Below are positions 24,382 to 37,029 of a stretch of DNA of 64,000 nt, in pieces. The notes under the pieces are model-generated. The model was not told the DNA's origin and made no database searches. It was given only the letters and a program-made list of their open reading frames with translations. The position numbers were made by a program, and so were the translations under genes. How positions within the stretch are numbered: the stretch's first letter is position 1; every line of letters starts with the position of its first letter. The DNA is taken from NCBI RefSeq assembly GCF_006345805.1, contig NC_043007.1, forward strand, positions 14,818,001 to 14,882,000, written 5' to 3'. Origin of the DNA: Octopus sinensis. Lineage: Eukaryota.

Positions 24382-25797
24382 TTAAGAGTGTTATTACATT
24401 ACATGTTATCACAGTGGTTAGGGCAGTGGACTCGCGGTCATAAGATCGCGGTTTCGATTCCCAGACCGGGCATTGTGAGTGTTTATTGAGTGAAAACACC
24501 TAAAGCTCCACGAGGCTCCGGCAGGGATGGTGGTGATCCCTGCTGTACTCTTTCACCACAACTTTCTCTCACTCTTACTTCCTGTTTCTGTTGTACCTGT
24601 ATTTCAAAGGGCCGGCCTTGTCACTCTCTGTGTCACGCTGAATATCCCCGAGAACTACGTTAAGGGTACACGTGTCTGTGGAGTGCTCAGCCACTTACAC
24701 GTTAATTTCACGAGCAGGCTGTTCCGTTGATTCGGATCAACCGGAACCCTCATCGTTGTAACCGACGGAGTGCTTCCACCACTATCACATCATAGTTTAT
24801 CAGGTCATAGAATGTAATATCATAAGTAATGACATCACTAGCTGTTACATCATAGCTCTTCACCTCACATGGCTGTCACATCATCACTTGTGATATGAAG
24901 TGTTACATCGTAGCTAATCACATCCTAGCCTGTTATGTGCCATGGTGTCACATCATAGCCCCTCACATCATATGCTGCTACAGCATTAACTTGACAATGC
25001 GTAAGACCCGCAGAAGTCTTGACAATGTCATATTGTTATGTCATAGTTCCTCACATCACGTCCCCAAAGTCCATCCCCTCCTCACCTTGGTGGGGACACT
25101 GGCAATGGGTAGTATCAGAGCTATGCCGTCGGGAACTTCGGTTCCTGGTAGGGCCACCCAAGGCGGATTGGTCTGACACCGAGTGGTATTAGGGCCACAA
25201 CCCAGCAGACGGGGCTCTGTTGAAAATCCTCTGAGTGTCTGTTTCGGCAACCGGTGGCTCCTCGGTCGTTCTGTCCCTGCGTCTGCGGACAATCTGCGGC
25301 AAACAGGATGTCTCTACATGCGGGATTGTTGGGGACCGCTTGTGAAATCCACATATTCCCACGAAACTTCTTTGATGCCATGAGGGTGATAGAAGCCGAC
25401 TCAACCCACCCAGGGTGAATGTGGCCTAGTGGTTCAAGTGTTGTAGTCATGATCATGAGATTGTGATTTCTATTCCTGGATATTCCAATTTTTTTGAAAA
25501 TTTTTGGTCAAAATTTTTTCAAAATTTTTTGAAAATTTTTGGTCAAAATTTTTTGAAAAATATTCTGAAAATTTTTGGTCAAAATTATTTGAAAAATTTT
25601 CTCAAAATTTTGGTCAAAATTTTTTTGAAAATTTTTGGTCACCACAAGTACAAGTAAGTAAGCACATCACAAGTTATATGTCATGTTGTTAGATCACAGC
25701 TCCTTGCATGATAACCTATTACATTGCATATCATTAAAATGCGCTTGATTACACAACAGGCTCTTACATAACACCATCTTATCACCATTTCCTCCAG

Positions 25798-26056
25798 GAA
25801 AGCTAACGCCTATCCATTTCCATTGTTTACTCAGAATTACATACGAGTTGTCGAAGTGTGGCTGGACAATGAACACAAACAGTATTTCTATGCGAGACAA
25901 CCTTCAATGGAAGAATACCCTATTCTTAACATTTCCAAACAGCTGGAATTTAAGAAGGAGCACGAATGTAAGAGCTTCAAATGGTTTCTGGAGAATGTAG
26001 CCAATGAAGTACTGGACTATTATCCACCACCGCCCCCTAATAAATATTGGGGCCAG
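25798..26056 (+). CDS. GALNT7: GALNT7-like exon, end of catalytic domain and linker (KANAYPFPLFTQNYIRVVEVW...CKSFKWFLENVANEVLDYYPPPPPNKYWGQ)
   Basis: cctccag/gtaagt; NYxRVVEVW and CKSFKWF motifs. Confidence 0.93.
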
Positions 26057-26284
26057 GTAAGTATTCTGATTAGTCTTCATACTATATGTTCCTTTTGTAA
26101 GTATGTGATAGTAGGCGTAGGCATGGCTGTGTGGTAAGTAGCTTGCTTACCAACCACATGGTTCCGGGTTCAGTCCCACTGCGTGACACCTTGGGCAAGT
26201 GTCTTCTACTATAACCTCGGGCCGCCCAAAGCCTTGTGAGTGGATTTGGTAGACAGAAACTGAAAGAAACCTGTCATATATATG

Positions 26285-26317
<33 letters not shown>

Positions 26318-27989
26318 ATGTGTGTGTGTGTGTGTGTGGTGTGTGTGTGTGTGTGTGTGTATACACGTTTGTGTGTCTGTTTGTCCCTCCAACATTGCTT
26401 GACAAGCGATGGTGGTGTGTTTATGTCCCCGTAACTTAGCGGTTTGGCAAAAGAGGCCGATAAAATAAGTACTAGGCTTACAAAGAATAAGTCCTGTGGT
26501 TGATTTGCTCGACTAAAGGCAGTGCTCCAGCATGACCACAGTCAAATGACTGAAACAAGTAAAAAAAGTAAAAAAGTAAAAAGTAGATGGTTTCAGGTAC
26601 AGTTCAACTTTGGGCAAATGTCTGCTACTAATAACCTTGGGATGACTAAAAGCTTGTGAGAGAATTTGGTAAATGGAAACTGTAAGAAGCCTGTCATATA
26701 TATGTATGTGCTATTGAGTAGTAGTATTATACTGTCATGTATGAACAGATAAATGAAAATTGGAGTCAACAAGAAGGATTGAACATTTAGTTTCAATCAC
26801 TACAATTGTTTCTATGCCATTTGAGCGTGTGGTGGTTCTGTGTGTGTATCAGGTGAATAGATGCAAAAGGAATGTGTATGCCTTTGAAGTAAACAAATGA
26901 GTGAATCGATTCATAGTCAAAAGATAATTTATTCACTGGACTTAATTTGTTATTGGTACACATAATTCTTCACTACATGCAAAATGTTGACAACTGCTAC
27001 AAGTTGCTAGAAAAAGAGACAGGGTATATCTGTGGAAGTGATGTGTCAGAAATCAATGTTTGTGTGTAGTTCATCTGAGATCAGTAGTCTACCGTGGAAC
27101 TTTGAACATTTCTCTCGGGCCTGTACGGTTGTTGAAAACCTGATGTGTGGTAGATGTTGCTCATTTGCCTGCTGGGCCTTTTTTCTTCACTGTCTGACGA
27201 CCACTGCATTTTATAATCATCGTGGCAGCTAGAAGGACAGACATACTGCTGCAGAGTTTGTACCTAAATAGGTCAGCTGCTGTCCATTTGAACTTTGCCT
27301 GACATGGCTGAGGTCGTAGGTCAAAGGGAGATGATCAATCACTTTTTGACAGGAGAAAGAAAAACCGCTTTTTGCCCCTGTTGATTGTGGTGGTTTGGAC
27401 GATTGAGAATTCTTATATTCGGTCTTGAACCAAGGCTTGGAGAAGGAAGTGTTAATTTTTACAAAGGATATTTGGCTGTCATTACTTGTAGGTGAATGAA
27501 CATGTCATGAACATTTGTCTTTGGTTCATGAAATGGAATTTTGGGGTATGTAAACTGTTAAAATGTGGAGGCGCAATGGCCCAGTGGTTATGGCAGAGGA
27601 CTCACGGTTGGAGGATCGCGGTTTCAATTCCCAGACTGGGCGTTGTGTGTGCTTATTGTGCGAAAACACCTAAAGCTCCACGAGGCTCCGGCAGGGGGTG
27701 GTGGTGACCCCTTTTGTACTCTTTCGTCCCAACTTTCTCTCACTCTTTCTTCCTGTTTCTTGAGTAACGCTTTTGATGGACTGGCGTCCCGTTCAGCTGG
27801 GGGGGAACACATACGCCACAGAAACCGGGAAACCGGGTCCATGAACCTGGCTAGGCTTGAAAAGGGCAAGAAAAAAAAAAACTGTTAAATGTCTGGTTTA
27901 TGTGTTGCTTCTGTTGTATTATATTTTTGATCAAGTATCTTAATCACATCTTTTCTTATAGTAAATACCTATTACTGTTTGTCATTCAG

Positions 27990-28091
27990 GTTATGTTGGA
28001 AAACACTAAAACTTGTAGTTATTGGCGGGCATCAGCTGCTAAAGAAAGAAATATTCGTATGAGTCCTTGCAAGTCCGACAAAGAAAGCCAG
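27990..28091 (+). CDS. GALNT7: GALNT7-like exon, ricin-type lectin alpha repeat (VMLENTKTCSYWRASAAKERNIRMSPCKSDKESQ)
   Basis: cattcag/gtaac; 34 codons, phase 0 to 0; two Cys and terminal Q spaced as in a lectin alpha repeat. Confidence 0.8.
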
Positions 28092-28298
28092 GTAACAGCA
28101 ACACTATACGTTTTGATTCATTAATTGCAGATATGCTGACAGAGTTTTATTTAATTGCTATAATCTAGGTACAGGCATAACTGTGTGGTAATAAGCTTTC
28201 TTGCTTCCCAATCACATGGATCTGAGTTCAGTCCCACTGCATGGCATCTTGGGCAAGGCTGACCAAAGCCTGGCAAGTGAGTTTGGTAGACTGAGAAA

Positions 28299-28304
<6 letters not shown>

Positions 28305-28339
<35 letters not shown>

Positions 28340-29475
28340 TGTATGTATATATATGTATGTATTTATGTAATGTATGTATGTATGTATGTATTTATGTAAT
28401 GTATGTATGTATGTATGTATGTATTTATGTAATGTATGTATGTATGTATGTATGTATTTATGTAATGTATGTATGTATGTATTTATGTAATCTATGTATG
28501 TATGTATATATGTATGTATGTATGTATGTATTTATGTAATGTATGTATGTATGTATTTATGTATGTATGTATGTATGTATGTATTTATGTATGTATGTAT
28601 GTATGTATGTATGCATGTAATGTATGTATGTATGTATTTATGTAATGTAATGTATGTATGTATGTATGTATGTATGTATTTATGTAATGTATGTATGTAT
28701 GTATGTATTTATGTAATGTATGTATGTATGTATGTATTTATGTATGTATGTATGTATGCATGTAATGTATGTATGTATGTATGTATTTATGTAATGTATG
28801 TATGTATGTATGTATTTATGTAATGTATGTATGTATGTATTTATGTATGTATGTATGTATGTATGCATGTAATGTATGCATGTATGTATGTATTTATGTA
28901 ATGTATGTGTGTATGTATGTATGTATTTATGTATGTATGTATGTATGTATGTATGTATGCATGTATGTATGTATGTATGTATGTATTTATGTAATGTATG
29001 TATGTATGTATGTATTTATGTAATGTATGTATGTATGTATGTATTTATGTAATGTATGTATGTATATATGTATTTATGTAATGTATGTATTTATGTAATG
29101 TATGTATGTATGTATTTATGTAATGTATGTATGTATGTATGTATGCATGTATGTATGTATTTATGTAATGTATGTATGTAATGTATGTATTTATGTAATG
29201 TATGTATGTATGTATGTATGTATGTATTTATGTAATGTATGTATGTATATATGTATTTATGTAATGTATGTATTTATGTAATGTATGTATGTATTTATGT
29301 AATGTATGTATGTATGTATGTATGTATGCATGTATGTATGTATTTATGTAATGTATGTATGAATGTATGTATGTGTGTGTGTATGTATGCATGTATGTAT
29401 GTATGTATGTATGTTTGTATGTATGTGTGTATGTATGTATGTATGTATGTATGTATGTATGTATGTATGTATGTG
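28305..29475. repeat. (TATG)n microsatellite with higher-order tatttatgtaatg interruptions
   Basis: Direct reading. Confidence 0.95.
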
Positions 29476-30216
29476 TGTCAATGTTTGTCCCCCTGCCATC
29501 ACTTGACAACCAATGCTGGTGTGCTTATGTGCCCATAACTTAGCGGTTTGGCATGTTTGGCAAAAGAAACCAATAGAATAAGTAGCAGGCTTACAAAGAA
29601 AAAAGTCCTGGGGTCGATTTCTTCAACTAAAACCCTTTAAGGTAGTGTTCCAGCATGGCTGCAGTCAAACGACTGAAACAATCTTAACCCTGACCCTGAC
29701 CCTAAAACCCTAACCCTAACTGTAACTACAGAAATGTTTTAAAATTTTTGTCAGAATCATAATGTCCGTATTTTTCCGCATATTTAGAAAAGAAAACATT
29801 CTTAAAAAATTTCACAAAAATTTTTGGAAAATTTTCATAATCATAATCTCTGCCTATTTTGAAAAAAAAAATTTCTGCACAAAGTAAAAGATGAAGGAAT
29901 CTAAAAATGCCGATTTTTGCCAATTTTTTTTGCAGATTTGTATTCCCCATAGTCAAAAAGCGGGGTTTGTAAAAATTTTTAAAATTTTAGTAAAAGGGTG
30001 GGTTTTTTTGGTGAGGGACGGGTGGAAGTCTTGCCATGATTTTACTTAGCTTGATAGGTCCTATCAAGTACAGCAAATTGTTACATCTCCTGGTCTCTTG
30101 CCATTTCCTCAGTGAGACCCAGCATCTGAAGATCCTTTACCCCTTCCACAAGAACCCTCCACAATTAGAGTTCTGCACTTCTTCACACAGCTGTCCTCAT
30201 CCACATACACCCTCTC

Positions 30217-30286
<70 letters not shown>

Positions 30287-31170
30287 GGTGGAAGCGCAAT
30301 GGCTCAGTGGTTAGGGCAGCGGACTCGCGGTTGTAGGATCGCGGTTTTGATTCCCTGACCAGGCATTGTGAGTGTTTATTGAGCGAAAACACCTAAAGCT
30401 CCACGAGGCTCCGGCAGGGATGTGGTGAACCCTGCTGTACTCTTTCACCACAGCTTTCTCTCACTCTTTCTTCCTGTTTCTGTTGTGCCTGTATTTCAAA
30501 GGGCCAGCCTTGTCACATTCTGTGTCATGCTGAATCTCCTCGAGAACTACGTTAAGGGTACACGTGTCTGTGGAGTGCTCAGCCACTTGCACGTTAATAA
30601 ATGAGCTGCAACGTCATTGGTGCCAAGCTGTATCGGCCTTTGCCTTTCCCTTAGATAACATCGGTGGCTTGGAGAGGGGAGGCTGGTATGCATAGGCGAC
30701 TGCTGGTCTTCCATAAAACAATCTTGCCCAGACTTGCACCTCGGAGGGTAACTTTCTAGGTGCAATTCCATGGTCATTCATGACTGAAGGGGGTCACAAA
30801 TATATATGTAGGAGAACAAAGTGTACGTACGCCGCTATATATATATATATAAAATACAGCATTGTCTGTTTTTCTGTCCTTGTTTTCATATACATTCGAT
30901 GCTTTTTTCCAAGGAATGTAATGCTCTTAGCTTATTTTTTCCTTTGGGCTGGCCAGATTGGGGCAATCTCAAGATTAATCAGCCAAAATTGCAAGGATGA
31001 TCCGGTTCTTGACTGAGGATAAAAGGCTTCGAATGATCTGTCCTTGCTTTTTTGTATTGTCTATATGGATGTTTTGTCGTCCCTTTTTGTAACACCTAGT
31101 TGTTTGGATGTTTTGTGTTCTTGTCCCATTTTGTATTTTATATATATGTATGTATTTGGTTCTTTTACAG

Positions 31171-31302
31171 CTGTTTCGGTTATTTCGGTTAAATGTGAAA
31201 GGTCAATTGATATGGGATGAGTTCTGCATTGAAACAAGAAACGATATTTTATACATACAAGAGTGTCCTGTCCAACCTACTAGTAACTGGTCCTATCTAG
31301 AG
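31171..31302 (+). CDS. GALNT7: GALNT7-like exon, lectin beta repeat (LFRLFRLNVKGQLIWDEFCIETRNDILYIQECPVQPTSNWSYLE)
   Basis: ttttacag/gtaagc; 44 codons; matches pgant7 LVRLNAAGQL...CVE...C...W.Y. Confidence 0.88.
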
Positions 31303-33479
31303 GTAAGCTGATATTTTAACATACTGCTTTATATAATCTTTGTTATGGTTTTTGTTCATTTATGTTGATTTTACAGACAAAATGGAGCCTGGACAGCCCT
31401 CCAGCTGGTCACCTCCACTGAAACTATCCAAGCCATCTCGGTACGGAGAACAGGCCTTAAACGATGATGATGATGATGCTGATCATGATGATGATGATCA
31501 TCAATGCTTTACTAAATTATTGTACTACAACACAACACAAAGAATACCACACTATCACAGTGCATACTACATCACTATACTGTAACATATAGAGCACCAC
31601 TGTACTATTGTATATAGAGCCCCACTGTACTGAAATGCAGAAGGTTATCGCAACCCTACATCATCATTGTTTAATGCCTGCTTTCCATGCTGGCATGGAT
31701 TGGATGGTTTTGACTGAGGACTGGCGAGCCAGATGGCTGCACCAGGCTCCAATCTGATCTGGCAGAGTTTCTACAGCTGAATGCCCTTCCTAACGCCAAC
31801 CATTCTAAAAGTATTGTGGGTGCTTTTATGTGCCACCAGCCCAAGGGCCAGTCAGGCGGTAATGGCAATGGCCATGCTCAAATGGTGTTTTTTACGTGCC
31901 ACCTGCACAGGAACCAGTCCAGCAGCACTGGCAGTGGAGGCGCAATGGCCCAATGGTTAGGGCAGCGGACTCATGGTCAGAGGATCGCGGTTTCGATTCC
32001 CAGACTGGGCGTTGTGTGTGTTTATTGAGCGAAAACACCTAAAAAGCTCCATGAGGCTCCGTCAGGGGGTGGTGGCGACCCCTGTTGTACTCTTTCGCTC
32101 CAGCTTTCTCTCACTCTTTCTTCCTGTTTCTTGTCCCCAACTTCCTACGCAACTGCTGAGCCTGGATGCGCATTCATCCATCCATCGATGCTCTCGGTGT
32201 CGGGGGTTGACCTGCTTTCTCTTCTGCGGGTCTTATGAATAGCAAAGGACCACGTTTCGGACTTCTCCCACTGGGACGAAGACCGCTTTGCTCAACAGCA
32301 ACAGCAGCACTGGCAATGACCTCGCTTGAATGTCGTTTTTCATGTGCCACATATATGATATTGTTCTAGTAAGGGTGTGTTGCTATTTTGAAAATACTTC
32401 ATAGAGTGATTACAATGCTATGCATAGTTACAGATTGTGAAGACGTAACGGAAGAGCCCAAATGAGTCAACGGTGCTTCTTATATTGAGTGGAGAAATCC
32501 TGGAGAGATCACCAAGCTCTATCAGGGGAGTAACTGCAATGTATCCATTGGGGAAGTGTCCATGGTTTAAGGCGGCGAGCTGGCAGAAGCGTTAGCAAGC
32601 ATGGCAAAATGCGTAGCTGTATTTCGTCTGCCGCTATGTTCTGAGTTCAAATTCCACCGAGGTCGACATTGCCTTTCATCCATTCAGGGTCGATTAAATA
32701 AGTACCAGTTACGCACTGGGGTCGATACAACCGACTTAATCCATTTGTCTGTCCTTGTTTGTCCTCTCTGTGTTTAGCTCCTTGTGGGTAGTAAAGAAAT
32801 AGGTATTTCGCCCACCGCTACGTTCTGAGTTCAAATTCTACCGAAGTCGACTTTGCCTTTCATCCTTTCGGGGTCGATTAAATAAGTACCAGTTACGCAC
32901 TGGGGTCGATACAACCGACTTAATCTGTTTGTCTGTCCTTGTTTGTCCTCTCTGTGTTTAGCTCCTTGTGGGTAGTAAAGAAATAGGTTGTGTAATCAAC
33001 TAATGAAAGATTCACTGTGACTCAATCAAGCTCCTAATTTAAATTCCTAATAAGGGTGTTGAGGGTGTATGAGGGGCTCTGCAAGCCTCATTGGACTTAA
33101 AATTTTAGATTGTGTATTTGCTGGTGAGTTGACTCGATGCGTGGTCAAGTAAGAGAGCATTGTTGTGAGCATGCAATCTGCAGATGCACAACCTGGGTGA
33201 AGCGCCGACAGCTGGTGCAATAATCTTTTGTATGGGTGTTGCTGGCATTATATATATGGGCAAAATGGTCAGTGATGGTCTTCCTCAGTCACAAGTGGGC
33301 AGCCATCATCATCATCGTCATCATCATATGCCTGATGTGAAACGGCTGTACTACTACGGATATCAAGTAATTAAATAGATATATTTACCTTCTATACTGC
33401 CTAACTTTTTATGGTTCATATATACACATGTGTATATGTATATGTATATATATATATATATCACCTTGATCACCTTGAC

Positions 33480-33750
33480 CGACCAGTCTGTCAGGCGTCC
33501 ATTTGACACTGCTGATCACAGCACGCTGTCCACTCCTCTCTGGATCGCACCTTTCTCATCCACGTGATCCCAATTGTCTTCCTGAAATCGTAACTCCACC
33601 GTCTTCTGGGAGGTCTTCTGGGTGGTCTTTTCCGCTCATGCGGGTACCACTTGACAACTGCGTGTGTCCACCAATTATCGGTGAGCCGGGCAACATGTCC
33701 AGCCCATCTATACTTGCTGCGTGTATACTCTGCGATGTCTACCTGGGACA
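33480..33750 (-). mobile_element. RTE LINE C-terminal fragment
   Basis: KYRWAGHVARLTDNWWT...KRPPRRPPRRRWSYD motif. Confidence 0.8.
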
Positions 33751-33819
33751 GGAAGTAAATATGTGCCGAGATATATATATATATATATATATATGAACCA
33801 TATATATATATATGAACCA

Positions 33820-34230
33820 TAGGCGCAGGAGTGGCTGTGTGGTAAGTAGCTTGCTAACCAACCACATGGTTCTGGGTTCAGTCCCACTGGGTGGCATCTT
33901 GGGCAAGTGTCTTCTGCTATAGCCCCAGGCTGACCAATGCCTTGTGAGAAGATTTGGTAGACGGAAACTGAAAGAAGCCTGTCATATATATGTATATATA
34001 TATATGTGTGTATATGTGTTTCTGTGTTTGTCCCCCTAGCATTGCTTGACAACCAATGCTGGTGTGTTTACGTCCCCTTCACTTAGCGGTTCGACAAAAG
34101 AGACCGATAGAATAAGTACTGGCCTTACAAAGAATAAGTCCCGGGGTCGATTTGCTCGACTAAAGGCAGTGCTCCAGCATGGCCGCAGTCAAATGACTGA
34201 AACAAGTAAAAGAGTAAAAGAGTAAAGAGT
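33820..34230 (+). mobile_element. tRNA-derived SINE family B with CORE-like motif and internal microsatellite (other copies near 13345, 17110, 26116, 43030, 44470, 62300)
   Basis: A/B boxes, ttgggcaagtgtctt core, (agtaaaag)n tail. Confidence 0.8.
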
Positions 34231-34661
34231 ATATGCCATGTAAATATAGTTTTCAATAGTTTCGTCTTCCTTGTTGTTCCCTTAAGATAACCTTAGTTCA
34301 CGTATTTCCTTAACTGCAACATATTCATTCATTCATTCATCTATTAACGTTTTATCACACAATCACTTATTCTCTAAATTTTGTCATAGATTGTCTGACA
34401 GAGAACTCTCAGATTTTTCAAGTTTATTTTACTATTATCAACATTTGCTGCCTCGTTAAACTATGCTAAGTAGACCCCTTCCTAGTAAGCTGGAAGGTTG
34501 CATCAGACACCAGTCTGATTTGACATGGTTTTCTATGGCTGGATGCCCTTCCTAATGTGAATCCCTTTTGCATGTCACCGGCATGGGTGCCATTTGTGTG
34601 GAACTGGTATCTGCCATGATTGTGATTCTGCTCAGCTCAATGGGTCTTCTTCTCAAGCATG

Positions 34662-34714
<53 letters not shown>

Positions 34715-34719
34715 TCATA

Positions 34720-35180
34720 TAATATAATGAAATTATTGTATACAGTGATCAGGTGCACCACAACTTGTCAGAGTATATGCAGTAATGTACAAATGTCAGA
34801 TACATGCTTGTGCGTGTATGGAGGGGAGAAAATCAGGTGTAGTGTTGGCGAATCTCAGGAAGCATGGAAGTTTTGAAGGATGCAGTGCTCCGACAGCTAA
34901 CAACTGATGCCAGCAGTTTGTTCCATGCTTCAGCAACTCTTAGCATGAAAAAATGTTTTCTGACTTTGTAAATATGTCCACGGGTGTTAGATGGGTGGAG
35001 TTTAAAAAGGTGCTCAGAGTTATTGTTTGTAAGATGGTTGATAATTTTATGGGTGTCTACCAAGTCAGCTGCCAGACGTCGGAGTTTCAATGTGTCCATG
35101 CCCAGGGAAGTAAGGCATTCAGGATATGGCAAATGCCTGATGGCGGGTATTCTTTTGGTTGCATGTCGTTTTTGGTTGCA
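34720..35180 (-). mobile_element. CR1-like LINE 3' fragment
   Basis: RHATKRIPAIRHLPYPECLTSLGMDTLKLRRLAADLVDT...NTRGH...RVAEAWNKL are CR1 C-terminal motifs. Confidence 0.8.
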
Positions 35181-35481
35181 TATGTATGTATGCAAGCATG
35201 TATTTATGTATGTATGTATGCATGTATGTGTGTGTGTTTGTATGTATGTGTATACACACACACATACACATATATATGTATACAAAATTTTAATTTCCAT
35301 CTCTCAAATCTACTATGGAACTGAACCTGGAACCACGAGGCTGGAAGGCAAATTTCTTACCATACACACACATCTATTGTCTTGAATCTCTGTAAGACAG
35401 CAGCCCCCCAACTCTAAAATATTTCTCCTCTCCACCTATCTCTATCAATCTAAATGTCTAATTTCTTTTATTTCATTCTAG

Positions 35482-36408
35482 AATACAAAACAAATTTTCA
35501 ACAGTCGTTTCCGAAAATGTGTTGAAGCAGCATCAAACTCTGTTCTTTGTCTCAAAGACTGTGATGCTAACAACAAGATGCAGCAATGGAGTTTTAAGAA
35601 ATTTAGGACCTGGGATGCTCCTAAACAACAACAACAACCTCAACAACCGCAGCAGCAGCAGCCGCCTCAACAACATGAACACCAAAAACAGCCTGAACAA
35701 CAACAACAACAACAACAACAACAAAAACAACCTGAACAACAACAACAACAACAAAAACAGCCTGAACAACAGGAACAAGAACAACAAAAACAACCTGAAC
35801 AACAACAACAACAAAAACAACCTGAACAACAACAACAACAAAAACAGCCTGAACAACAACAACAACAACAAAAACAACCTGAACAACAACAACAACAACA
35901 ACAAGAACAACAAAAACAGCCTCAACAACAACAACAACAACAACAAAAACAACCTGAACAACAACAACAACAACAACAAGAACAACAAAAACAGCCTCAA
36001 CAACAACAACAACAACAAAAACAACCTGAACAACAACAACAACAACAAAAACAGCCTGAACAACAACAACAAGAACAACAAAAACAGCCTGAACAACAAC
36101 AACAAGAACAACAAAAACAGCCTGAACAACAACAACAACAACAACAAAAACAACCTGAACAACAACAACAACAACTACAACAACAACAAAAACAGCCTCA
36201 ACAACAACAACAACAACAAAAACAGCCTCAACAACAACAACAACAACAACAACAACAAAAACAGCTGCAACATCAACAACAAGAACAACAAAAACCGCCT
36301 CAACAACAACAACAACAACAACAAAACACAGCCTCAACAACAACAACAACAACAACAACAACAAAAACAACCTCAACAACAACAACAACAACAACAAAAA
36401 CAGCCTGA
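35482..36408 (+). CDS. GALNT7: GALNT7-like terminal exon: lectin gamma repeat (NTKQIFNSRFRKCVEAASNSVLCLKDCDANNKMQQWSFKKFRTW) plus Gln-rich then Thr-rich tail
   Basis: ttcattctag acceptor in phase 0; QQW ricin motif; in frame with ORF 35578..36408. The stop position depends on a 1-nt insertion at 36327. Confidence 0.85.
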   Translation, partial: NTKQIFNSRFRKCVEAASNSVLCLKDCDANNKMQQWSFKKFRTWDAPKQQQQPQQPQQQQPPQQHEHQKQPEQQQQQQQQQKQPEQQQQQQKQPEQQEQEQQKQPEQQQQQKQPEQQQQQKQPEQQQQQQKQPEQQQQQQQEQQKQPQQQQQQQQKQPEQQQQQQQEQQKQPQQQQQQQKQPEQQQQQQKQPEQQQQEQQKQPEQQQQEQQKQPEQQQQQQQKQPEQQQQQLQQQQKQPQQQQQQQKQPQQQQQQQQQQKQLQHQQQEQQKPPQQQQQQQQNTASTTTTTTTTTKTTSTTTTTTTKTA

Positions 36409-36440
36409 ACAACAACAACAACAACAACAAAAACAGCCTC

Positions 36441-36478
<38 letters not shown>

Positions 36479-36687
36479 AAACAGCCGCAACATCAACAAA
36501 AACAACAAAAACAGCCTGAACAACAACAACAACAACAAAAACCGCCTGAACAACAACAAGAACAACAAAAACAGCCTCAACAACAACAACAACAAGAACA
36601 ACAAAAACAGCCTTAACAACAACAACAACAACAACAAAAACAACCTGAACAACAACAACAACAACAACAACAAAAACAGCCGCTACT

Positions 36688-36718
<31 letters not shown>

Positions 36719-36850
36719 AAACAGCCTCAACAACAAAAATAACAACAACAACAGCGTCAACAACAAAAATGGCCCCAACAAGGAGAACAAGAACAGCCTC
36801 AATAACAACAACAACAGCAGCCTCAACAAGAACAACTATAGCAGCAGTAG
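35620..36850 (+). repeat. (CAA)n-based compound coding minisatellite, unit caa aaa cag cct gaa (caa)n
   Basis: Direct reading of the sequence; degenerates after about 36740. Confidence 0.95.
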
Positions 36851-37029
36851 CAACTACAGTGGCAGCAACAGAAACACCAACAACAGCAATATTTTCCCTT
36901 AATTTTGTTCACCTGCCAAAATGCTTAACTGGTTTTACTAAATTTATCATTAGTCAACCTACTGAAGGACATTATTACAAATTAAATTCATTATTACAGA
37001 ATAACTATTATGATTATTATCATTATTTC

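Noticed and set aside
27030-27460. Stop-poor intronic segment that might be a degraded retroelement
   Set aside because: No motif could be assigned with confidence.
35519-36673. Asn-rich plus-strand ORF and Leu/Val-rich minus-strand ORFs
   Set aside because: Alternative frames of the CAA repeat; only the Q frame is in phase with the spliced lectin exon.
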